NCBI GenBank assembly: GCA_022813865.1
Contig: JALDZX010000073.1
Coordinates: forward strand, 62,001 to 85,704
Reading direction: 5' to 3'
Length of the DNA stretch: 23,704 nt
Origin: Xylographa opegraphella
Lineage: Eukaryota
The notes under the pieces are model-generated. The model had not been told where the DNA came from, did not search any database, and saw nothing but the letters and a program-made list of their open reading frames with translations. Within the stretch, counting starts at the first letter, position 1. Each line of letters starts with the position of its first letter. This document shows, one piece after another, positions 1 to 8,999 of this stretch. The position numbers and the translations under genes are program-made.

Positions 1-155
1 CACATGTTTGCCCAGCTCTCATACTTCCTTCCCGCTCACCGTCCTGAAACCCAACCACGTACAGCATCCCGAAGCCCCACCTTTAATCTCCTTCTATCCT
101 ATTATTCACGGGTTCCGCCGCCATGTATCATACTTGTAGTGAGCTCTGCTCGTAG

Positions 156-821
156 TCAATGCGATTCGTCCTTTATCAGCGCCACGATCATACTGTAGAG
201 GTAGAAGAAGAACATCACAAGGTGGAATCCAAGCTTGATGAACGATTCCTGTATTGAAACATCCAGTTAGAAAGACCCTCTCAAAAGCTTTGGCTTAGTG
301 ATTCTCTGACCTTCTTGTGCACGTTCAGTTTCCGGAATATCTCCGTTGCGTCGAGGAGATGTTGATTGTCGAATATCCTATTCATAGGTTATCACTGCTT
401 TCGAGTTCCGAACAACCGTATTTGCTTACTTCTTTGCGTTGAATGCGAGCAGAGGGAGATTCAGGAGTAGTGCAATCCAATATCCGTTGATCAGGAAAAG
501 GAAAGTGAGGAAGGCATGTACGGCAGCCTCGGGTATAATGTACATATTGAGCCGATTACAGAGGTCGATCGGATTGATATAGTCACTGTTGAGATATACA
601 TGTTAGCCATGGTGAATTCAAAGCTTCGGTGGAGTAGTTGGCTCAGTGTAATCCGGTGCATGAAACTCCTGCCATAACTGCATAACTGAGCAGCTACCAG
701 GGACGAGGGAGTCTGACCATTCCAAGTCACTGTACATGATTGTGAAGAAGACTTGTAGAAATAGATTGACGGCATTGATTAGCACGGCTAGCAAGTATAG
801 CCATGCTTCTCCGGACATCAT
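156..821 (-). CDS. ERV14: Cornichon-family ER export cargo receptor, 4 exons
   Basis: Spliced by eye (introns about 717-586, 429-378 and 310-249, all GT-AG with CTAAC-like branch sites): [47 protein letters not shown]...[47 protein letters not shown]. These are hallmark cornichon motifs. Confidence 0.95.
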
Positions 822-1405
822 CTTGGGCTATGGTGCGTTCCCGTTGTACTGATTGGTAGTCGACCAGATCGCGATCTCGCTAGGAGTTTCAAGAGAGGTT
901 CCGAAGCCGGTTGTGCACCGAGGATTTATGTTGCGATATAGCTGTTCAAGCTTTTCCAGAAGATAGTAAGCGGCCTGCGTCGAGGGGAAACTTGGTGTAA
1001 AGTAGACTCCTGAGGAAAACCAGACGAAAATCACAAACGCGACAAGCCCCACGATGTCTCTGGAGTATTGCGTGTCGAGATGCAGACTAGATATACTGAG
1101 GCGCAGGTACGCGAAGTTGCTGCACTGCGAAAAGTTGTTGATTTGATTCGAAGATACGGCGTCAAACTAGGCTCGCGTGCTGAGCAAGCTCAAATCTAGA
1201 TACGGCCATGCCCTAAGGTATCCTACCTTATATGCAACCGGACGTCACATGCCGACAACAAGGAATGATCAGCGTCAATTTCCCATTACGAAGTATTCCT
1301 GCTATAATAACATATCTCTACGACCGGTATACAACAGAATGCTTGGATCCTCGGTCGCTCAATTATTTGAATGATTTGCGAAATCTATACGCCTTGCTAC
1401 GAGTC

Positions 1406-2853
1406 TCATGAGGCCAGTGGGACCTCACGATACCCTTCACGCATGAAGCCTCGAAGTTCTTCCAGGCCCTGCCTTACCACCTGCGTCTCGTTCACGAAGC
1501 CTATGCGTACATACCCCTTGAAGGCTTTGTCATCACCAAAACATCGACTTCCAGGGCAAAACATGACCCCTTTTCTCTCTTGCAGTAGCTTGCAAAGTTC
1601 AACGTCGTCTACCTCCTGACCTTCCCTAGAGAACTTTACGAAAGCTGTGGTTCCAGCCGTCGGCTTCACCCATTCGCAGGCCCATCTGTGGCGCTCGATA
1701 AACTCCTCTAATATTGCTAGATTTGTCTTGGCAAGCTGAATGTTTCTGCTCAAAAGACTATGAATCGTCTCAGGGGCCAAGGCGAAGGTGGCCACCTGAT
1801 CGTCCAGACGGCTCACTGAGATAGTGGTATAATCTCTTGCGCTAGCACATGCCTCTACCAATTCTCGAGATCTAGAGGCGATCCAGCCAACTCTAATTCC
1901 TGCCAGCGCGTATGCTTTCGATAATGAGCCGGTGGCTACAGCCTTTGGGTAAGAAAGCGAGAGAATCGAGGGGGGGAACTCGGGATCCAGTGGACCGATA
2001 GAATGGAACAGAGGTCTATAAACCTCGTCGCTGAAGAGAATTAGATCGTGCTCTTGGGCGACTTCGACAAGTTGCACAAGCGTACTCTTCGGAATTATGG
2101 CACCCGTCGGATTGTTTGGGTTGCTGCGTCGTCGTGTTAGCATTCTTCAGAATTCTATATCATGCTAAGAACGATTACTTTATGATTATCATCTTTGTAT
2201 TTGGTCGTATAAGATCTTTTAATTCTTGAATGTCAAGTTGCCACTTTTTGTCTTCCTGAGCTTTCCATAGACTGACGTCTGCGCCTAGGCTCGTAGGCAC
2301 AGTGTACAGCTGTTGATACGTTGGATAATGGCAAATCACATGGTCTCCCTTCTCGATAAGGGCATAAAGTAGGATAAAGTTGGCTGCGATGGCACCCGGG
2401 GTGATCAGAATGTTTTCAAATGGAAGTGGATTTGCAGTCTTCGCCGAGTAAAGTCTTGAGAGATTTGAGCGTAGATTTTCAGAGCCCCGTATTTCCCCAT
2501 ATACAAGCTTGGTAGAAAGATCGACAATCTTCTTCTCTTTCGACTCCGAAAGCTTCTGTAGATCTTCTATGCTGATCGAAGCCGCACATGTCTCTGCTAT
2601 ATTAAATTTCGCAGTCGTCTCATAGGCATCCATCCACTTAATCACGAGTACGGTGTCAGTCATAAACTAATTATACTGGCAATACTCCTAAAACAAGCGA
2701 CATGGGTATACATATCTTCTTTTGTACATGATTGCGGTTCGATTTGATTTGAAATTTACTGAATTGTACTTACTTGTGCTGAAAGAGAAACATTGGATGT
2801 TAGGTATTACTCACTTGTTCAACCTGGAAAGGCGCAATTTTGGCTGAAGCCAT
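1406..2853 (-). CDS. PLP-dependent aminotransferase class I/II, 3 exons; substrate unknown
   Basis: Exon 1 MASAKIAPFQVEQ (ATG 2853), intron 2814-2637, WMDAYET...YGEIRGS...PTYQQLY, intron 2178-2124, then NNPNNPTG, FSDEVY and the PLP-lysine motif SLSKAYALAGIRVGW. Confidence 0.9.
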
Positions 2854-3000
2854 CTCCAACCACGTTCAGATGGACGGAAATATCCCGAATACAACAACAA
2901 GCACAAGAGTTCAGTTAGAACATATAATACGAGGTCACCTAATATTGAAGTGATATATAATCCAAGAAGCTTTTGTATATCGAAGACACCAGCAATGGAA

Positions 3001-3028
3001 TTGTGTGGTGAGTTGATGAGCCGTAACA
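3001..3028 (-). mobile_element. 28-bp LTR terminus remnant
   Basis: Reverse complement TGTTACGGCTCATCAACTCACCACACAA matches 21176-21203 at 27/28 positions. Confidence 0.7.
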
Positions 3029-3048
3029 CCACCCATTCACTTCAACTA

Positions 3049-3125
3049 AAAAAATAATAAAAAAATAATAAAAAAATAATAAAAAAATAATAAAAAAATA
3101 ATAAAAAATAATAAAAAAATAATAT
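3049..3125. repeat. AT-only tandem repeat, about 7 copies of A6-7TAAT
   Basis: Directly visible (aaaaaaataat)n; it accounts for the spurious F/Y/I-rich ORF at 2939..3244. Confidence 0.85.
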
Positions 3126-3231
3126 AAAAAAAAGAATAAAATTTGTAATATTGTTAAATATATACGTAAACTATAAAAATACGCTAAAACGCCAAAATTA
3201 TAAATTCGAAACTCGATTAAATCATTATTTT

Positions 3232-3288
3232 TATTAAAAGGCACGTGTATTTGGATCAGGGCGGGGGCAACAGTAATCGTATATTCGG
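3232..3288 (+). mobile_element. LTR end truncated by assembly gap (same family as 3802-3992)
   Basis: 57 bp identical to 3802-3858, followed by an N-run. Confidence 0.75.
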
Positions 3289-3338
3289 NNNNNNNNNNNN
3301 NNNNNNNNNNNNNNNNNNNNNNNNNNNNNNNNNNNNNN

Positions 3339-3400
3339 AAGGTGCTAGTCCTGATCCAGCCCGACCCCTATTACCTGTGACTGATGTCATAGCCGTCACA
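3339..3400. mobile_element. Terminus of a high-copy LTR (gap-flanking family, ...GCCGTCACA)
   Basis: The same ~62 bp recurs at 21297-21358 and in reverse complement at 23643-23704, always next to a gap or the window edge. It has a TG/CA end and abuts the integrase relic. Confidence 0.75.
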
Positions 3401-4714
3401 CATAGAAACAAATTTCGATCGACTTTATCATAAAACTATCAAAGTCAGAAAATTTACTACAGAATTAAAATATGATTCGATAATGATATTTGTGGATAAA
3501 TTTACGAAATAATTTATTATCGTATTTTTTAAAGAAACGTTTACAGCCGAGCAACTGACTTTTCTCTTGTTAAACAGATTTATAAAAAATCATGATTTCT
3601 CAGTAGAAATAATATTTAATAGAAATAAATTGTTTATATTCAACTTTTAAGAGACTTTAATGTTTGAACTAAAAGTAAAACTAAAGATGTTAACGATTTA
3701 TTACCCACAAACGAATAAACAGATAAAAAGAATAAATCAGAACTTGGAAATGTATCTACGACACTTTATCAATTTAAAACAAAATAATTAAATATTATTA
3801 TTATTAAAAGGCACGTGTATTTGGATCAGGGCGGGGGCAACAGTAATCGTATATTCGGTGAAGTTCGGTATAGGCCACGAGAACGTGACATATACCTCCT
3901 ACGCTAGTACTGAACTACGCTATACATAAATAGAACTAGCCTTCAGGTATTCCTTTATGCCTACCAGCAAGTGATGCTTCTACCAATTAACAATTATTAC
4001 CTTTAAAACAATTGGTATTAAACGACAAACAATCTGCAATAATAAAATTATTACTTTTTTTCGCAAATATAGAATATCATTCACAATTATTTAAAAACAG
4101 AAAATCAGAACTTAATATTAATAAAGCAATGATATTAGCCAAAGATTTGAAGGTTACGCATAAAATGTTATTAAAAAGATTAAATAGAACAATCACAAAA
4201 TTACTGCTAAAAATACAAAAATACCAAGAATAAACCTTAGTTAAAGGAGAGGGATAAAGTATATCTATTTACAAAAAATTTAACAATCAGCAAGAATCGA
4301 AGCAAGAAGCTTAATCATGTCAAAGTCGAACCATTCTTAATCAAGCAAGTCAGAAAATCAGTTAATTACCTCCTTAACCTGCCAAAAAATATAAGAGTAC
4401 ACCCAGTGTTTGATATATTATTATTGGAACCAGCAGACGCAAGTACTCCATTACAGACAACCTTCTAATATAACAAAAAGGAAGAACAGGAATTCGAAGT
4501 AAAGAAAATCCTGGACAAGCAAGGTCAGAGTTACCTGGTCAAATAGAAAGAATATCCAGAATCGAATAATACTTGAGAACTACTTACTAGCCTTGGGAGC
4601 TGCCGGGAGCTTCTTCAACAGTATCGCCAAAAAGAGCAAGTATCTTGGAAGGGGAAGCTTCCAAGATCCCAGGAAAGAAAGAGGGAGAAAGGACCTCGGA
4701 GGGATCGCTGGTAG
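3401..4714 (+). pseudogene. pol C-terminus: integrase core, GPF/Y region and chromodomain, with RIP stops
   Basis: Translates to ISIDFIIKL..YDSIMIFVDKFTK..EIIFNRNKLFIFNF*..YYPQTNKQIKRINQNLEMYLRH (degenerate SDRDKLF and HPQTDGQTER), VHPVFDILLLEPA, and EFEVKKILDKQGQSYLVK*KEYPESNNT*E (chromodomain, TGG mutated to TAG/TGA). Frame ends at TAG 4712-4714. Confidence 0.9.
3802..3992. mobile_element. 191-bp solo LTR nested in the integrase
   Basis: Ends T[A]TTAA...TTAACA with 5-bp TSD ATTAT (3797-3801 and 3993-3997). Excision restores the integrase frame QNN*ILLLPLKQLVLNDKQSA. Confidence 0.85.
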
Positions 4715-5150
4715 AAGCCATAATTTTACGATTTTTATCCTCTTTTAGAACCTCGATGTTAAACATTTCCCGCTAAAACAAGGATCGACTTTCGATCTTA
4801 AGGTCCAAAAGCCGGTTCTTTTTAGCTGCAAGTTTCGCAGCCTTACGAGCCACTAGCGCGGCTGCCTTAACCCTCGTTGCCTCAAGACTGGCCTCCAGCT
4901 GGGCAATCTTCTTACGAAAACGACGTTTCTTTTCTTTCAAAGCCTTTCTATCGACATCGGTAACAATTAACGAACAACGTACTTTCACCTCAACATATTG
5001 CGCGTAGAAATCAGAATGCGCAGACATCTGGCACAAGACACCTTCTTTAACACAGCGATCGCAGGGATACATTACAAATTTTCCTTTTTAACGAATATCA
5101 ATAGATTGGACTTTTCGGCGATGGGAACCAGACGACTTATGTTTAGGCAT
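4587..5150 (-). pseudogene. Retrotransposon antisense ORF: Zn(II)2Cys6-like motif plus coiled coil, RIP-inactivated (187 aa reconstructed)
   Basis: One frame from ACC-ATG (5150) to TAG (4587-4589), broken only by TAA (5088-5090) and TAG (4773-4775), both CAR->TAR. Motif C-x2-C-x6-C-x8-Y(TAC)-x2-Y(TAT)-x6-C. Confidence 0.75.
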
Positions 5151-5206
5151 GGTGAAAAGAAGCTGCTGGAATTCTTTCGGAGCAAGAATCTGGCGGGGGG
5201 AGCTAG

Positions 5207-5544
5207 TAATAAGGTTCTGACCAATAATGTGTGGAACAGGGGTCGGAGGAACCATGACCCGATGCCTCCGTTGCCTCCATGGCCTCGGCCACGGAGGCAT
5301 GGAAGGCATAGGAGGCATCTTAGAATAGGACTTTTATATAGAATGGAGTATTTCTTTTATAGTAGAAGGCGTGTTCAACTCATGTTATGATCTTAGGATA
5401 ACATACTTCAATACGAACCCTCTGTACGAAGACTATTACTCTTGGAGAACTATTCACCTGTTACTGTGCCGTCCTATTCATTCATTGACGAATCAAACCC
5501 AGATCCCTAATCGAACTATACTAGTGAGAAGCAGGATCGTAACA
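5207..5544 (+). mobile_element. 3' LTR (338 bp) of the chromoviral element
   Basis: Starts directly after the PPT with T[A]ATAAG (TGATAAG in the second copy) and ends GATCGTAACA. Colinear with the reverse complement of 21434-21780 plus 22018-22037. Confidence 0.85.
5331..5340 (-). promoter_or_regulatory. Candidate TATA box TATATAAAAG in the LTR, oriented toward the antisense ORF
   Basis: About 180 bp upstream of ATG 5150; the identical 10-mer is at the homologous position in the solo LTR (21641-21650). Confidence 0.5.
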
Positions 5545-5935
5545 GATATCTGCTACGTAGCTTTTATCGCTTACGTAGTAACGCGTGCGTAACGTAATTC
5601 TACTGGAGTATATAAAGCCTTTCGATACAGTAGAGGCCTATAGTATAAGGACTGCAATACGCCGGCGGGGCGCATAAATCAAGCAGTAAAGAAACGTAAG
5701 CAGTAAACAAACTAATTTGTTTACTGTATACTGCGATGCGTCCGCTAGGTCTGACCTATCAAAGAGGTCAGCAGGGTGTAACGATACACGTCAGGGGTGT
5801 ATGAAAGAAAGGGGGGTAGCGGAGTCGTTACAAGGATTCTTGGGGCCCTGCGCCGCAATTCGCTGATTATTGAAGTCTCCTACAAGAGCTTTCCCTATGC
5901 TGGACATCATCATCGACGATAAGTGGCAGACTGTC

Positions 5936-7333
5936 CTATATTCCGATGGCATCGCGTACCTTAGCGAGCACGCGCGCGGAATTATCCCTAGCTTCATTCG
6001 CGCCGTGTTGCGCTACATCCTTGAGATGCGAATGATTCTGGCCTTCCATTAGGCTTGTGTACCTTTCCCGGAAGCCAGATAAGCTTGATGAAACCTTGTC
6101 AGAGACAAGTTCCTTGAACACACGCATTTTGAGATTCCTGCATTCCCCGGCCCATAGCTGAGGAGACCTCCGGTCCGGATCTACGTGGCTCAGGATCTCC
6201 AGCAAATTCGACACTCCCGGTCGTGCAGCGATATCGAACGAGATGCCACTGATCGAGTCAGTCAGAGCATGCTTGATCTTTAGATGGATCTCTTCCGGCG
6301 AATCAGTGAGCAGAATTTTAGAACGAGGATCTTTATTGGACTTGGACATTTTTTGCAAAGGATCTCTGAGCGACATTACTCGCTTTGCCGGCGCTGTGGG
6401 AATAAGTAAATTGAACAGGCAGTGAACAATCTGGAACCTACAGAGTAGCGTAGTTGGTTGAACAAGAATATTACCGTGTACGCTGTTGAAGTCGTTCACA
6501 CATGCTCGAGTGAATTCAAGGTGCTGGACTTGGTCCTCCCCCACCGGCACATGTGTAGCCCTTTCCAAAAATGAGCGAATGGCTTGGAAGTAAACGGTAG
6601 GATAGGCGCACCCATGTACAAGTACATCTGCTGCTTGGAGCACCGGATAGGAGAAAAGACCGAGGTTCAGTTTCTCCTTTGCATTTTGCTCCAGAGGCAA
6701 TACACCGTCTTTAAGAGCCAGTTTACTCTGCAATGTATCAGCCAGCGAGTTCCCGGAATGTGGATAGCAGAGCACAGTCGGAACACCATACCTTCCACTG
6801 TGTCATCCTTGACAGATATCCCATCGAGGCAGTACAACTCAAGATCCACATCATTTCGACATGTGCTGGTACCTAGCTATCCTCAGCTCCTGTAACCTCC
6901 CCGCAGTGTAAGTGATTGTATGACAAGCAATGCGTACAGCAGACTGGCAAAAAATGGTGCTTCTCTTGTGGTCAAGCCCAACTGCCAAAAGCGATGCAAT
7001 AGTTTCCACGGTCCATCGTTGTAACTGGAATTTGTTTTGGGGTACCGTCAACGCGTGCAGATCGACGACTGAGAATATCAATTTCGTATCACGCGCAGCC
7101 TGATCTTGTAATTGGACCCATTGCTGTAGAGCACCGAGGTAGTTCCCAAGGTGTGGTACGCCGGTAGGCTGGATTCCTGAGAAGACAACCTGCGCCGGAA
7201 GCGGCTCGGAAGTTGTCGGCTTCGAGAGTGTTGAGCCACAACGCTTGAAATGGAAGGATTGAACAGGAAGGCCCACCACCTTTGGTAATAGGCGCAGAGT
7301 GTGATGCCTCACCGCATGGTCCACAACAACCAT
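5936..7333 (-). CDS. MSW1: Mitochondrial tryptophanyl-tRNA synthetase, 5 exons
   Basis: FSGIQPTGVPHLGNYLGA (HIGH motif), RMTQWK, YPVLQAAD, VPVGEDQVQHLE and KMSKS; bacterial-type TrpRS with N-terminal extension. Introns 6937-6873, 6791-6728, 6611-6561 and 6441-6394. Start ATG inferred. Confidence 0.93.
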
Positions 7334-7649
7334 TTCTTGTCTTGAGCATAAGCATAGGTTTTCGGAACTCGGCAATGTCGAGATAGACACGGAATCCACT
7401 ATGGGATTCTAGAGGAGTGGCGTCAAACGTCGGGTTCCGAAAACCAAATATAGGATACCATAAATGGAAGTGTTCCACCAATACATACGGAGTACTTACA
7501 AATCCCTACAGGCTAAAATACACGAAATTTACAAGTAATATCAAGCTTGATAGGGACCAATATAAGCAACAGGAGCCGAATTAATATTATAGCTGATATC
7601 TATTCATGTACTCGTAATGTTGATGCTCTTTGATCCTCGCTATGCCAGT

Positions 7650-8690
7650 CTACATGGTTCTGAAAGGGCGTACATCCGTATCTCGAAACCCGTCACTTTT
7701 CATCATCTCCATGACCTTCTCGGAAGTATTGAGATTTCTCTTCCTTCCGAAGTGGGCCCACTTCGGCTCCAGAACCTGCTTAAGGTTGTCCAGGCTAAGG
7801 TCCATTGTCTTACCAACACCTGTAATTGGGTTTAGAATTGACGGCAGTGTATGCAGGGAATGATCACGCATACCAAGCGGCAAATAGTTCCACACATTCG
7901 CCTTCATACCAATGCCATGGTAAGCGTGCTTCCGCAGGAAAGCCAACCATATTTTTACGACGTCAGGGTGACCATCTTGAATCTGGATCAGCCGCCGCAG
8001 GGTAATTCTCTCAAAGTTCTCCTGACTCTTCTTATAAATAAAATTACTTCGTGGGACTGTCCATCGCTCTGTAATGCGTGGTAGTGGTATCGGCCCAGCG
8101 GCAGGCAGATTGAGGAAATATGCGGCCCGTAACGCAAAATCTGCGAAGAACTCGACGTTCCGCACGCTATATGAACGTAGTTGAAGGTCACAAGATGGAA
8201 CACCGTAATTGGCTTTGCGCTTGAGAGGCCTCAAGTATACAGCATGAACACTTCGTGGAAGTCTGGGCATGGTTCTGACAGTATCTGGATTGAAAACTTC
8301 GGATTCAGTGTCTTCAGGGTGCGTAGGGAGGTAATGGGGTCCGCCCATGGAAGATCTAGTATTGGACTTAGCAGTGACTATGCGAAGTGCCTTCGAACTA
8401 AGGCTGTCATACTCCACCATCTTTGCGCCAATCGAAGATGAAGGCGGAAGCCTGAATTAGGTTTATCAGCCATTGTTTAAGGAGAATTCTGATTCGAAAG
8501 TTCCCTACAATACCGTCGTGTCTGTTAGGTCTTCTTGCTGATGCTGTGAGGTGGTCATAAATGCGACACCCTGGAAGCGGAATGATAAGGTGGCTTGCAC
8601 AGGCACCAAGGTGATGACTGATTTCGCATGGTTAAGCCTGACACGTTTACTCAGAGAGACTGCTGAGCGAACATAAACAGGGAACGCCAT
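7650..8690 (-). CDS. RSM10: Mitochondrial small-subunit ribosomal protein uS10m
   Basis: CDLQLRSYSVRNVEFFADFALRAAYFLNLPAAGPIPLPRITERWTVPRSNFIYKKSQENFERITLRRLIQI is an S10 domain; Arg/Ser-rich leader MAFPVYVRSAVSLSKR. Introns about 8507-8453, 8412-8356 and 7873-7820; 5' exon structure is less certain. Confidence 0.88.
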
Positions 8691-8999
8691 GGGTGTTCTC
8701 GCCAGAATATAATAATTACTCTGATAACGAATTCTTGTCTGAAGCGGTAATAAATGTTAATAGCGTTGCCTATCTAGTCCTAATAGATCCTAAGGTATTT
8801 TAAGTCAAGACTAGCGCAGTATTTGCAATATAAGGTTGAATAGCATTCCATGATTATGATAACTTTGTACAAACCGTCTTGATATCTCGGCATTATCTGA
8901 TTGTCTATATTCCTTGAGACAGGGACCTCTACCCATTCGATCACAAGGCAAGCTGTCCACTTTTTCGTTGGCAAGCAGTCGGCATCTCACACATGGAAA

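Larger units (their letters stand above)
3401..5544 (+). mobile_element. 3' half of a RIP-degraded Ty3/gypsy chromoviral LTR retrotransposon (integrase, chromodomain, antisense ORF, PPT, 3' LTR)
   Basis: Integrase relic, chromodomain, polypurine tract GGCGGGGGGAGCTAG (5192-5206) and LTR 5207-5544 occur in canonical order. Confidence 0.9.

Noticed and set aside
586..717. 132-nt ERV14 intron as a snoRNA host
   Set aside because: No convincing box C/D or H/ACA arrangement.
828..1374. Short ORFs in intergenic DNA and antisense to the genes (also 11.4-12.3 kb, 16964-17281, 20722-20913)
   Set aside because: No recognisable motifs, often non-ATG starts, or shadows of real exons.
2637..2814. Long aminotransferase intron with internal CAG-CACAA-GTAAGT (possible micro-exon, stwintron or snoRNA)
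   Set aside because: The inner intron would be only 36 nt, a 5-nt exon would break the frame, and no C/D box pair with an rRNA guide was seen.
2939..3244. 101-aa hydrophobic F/Y/I ORF
   Set aside because: It is the translation of the AT-only tandem repeat and RIP debris.
3376..3400. CTGATG-containing hairpin as a hammerhead ribozyme
   Set aside because: It lacks the CUGANGA core and the three-stem architecture.
4998..5390. 130-aa plus-strand ORF and the Pro/Arg-rich MPPMPSMPPW extension of ORF 5088..5318
   Set aside because: Both run through the PPT and the LTR repeat array; their composition reflects the GGAGGCA repeats.
5383..5544. Apparent 162-bp element with TGTTATGATC/GATCGTAACA inverted ends
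   Set aside because: No TSD and no PPT before it; homology with the solo LTR and the PPT position place the true LTR start at 5207.
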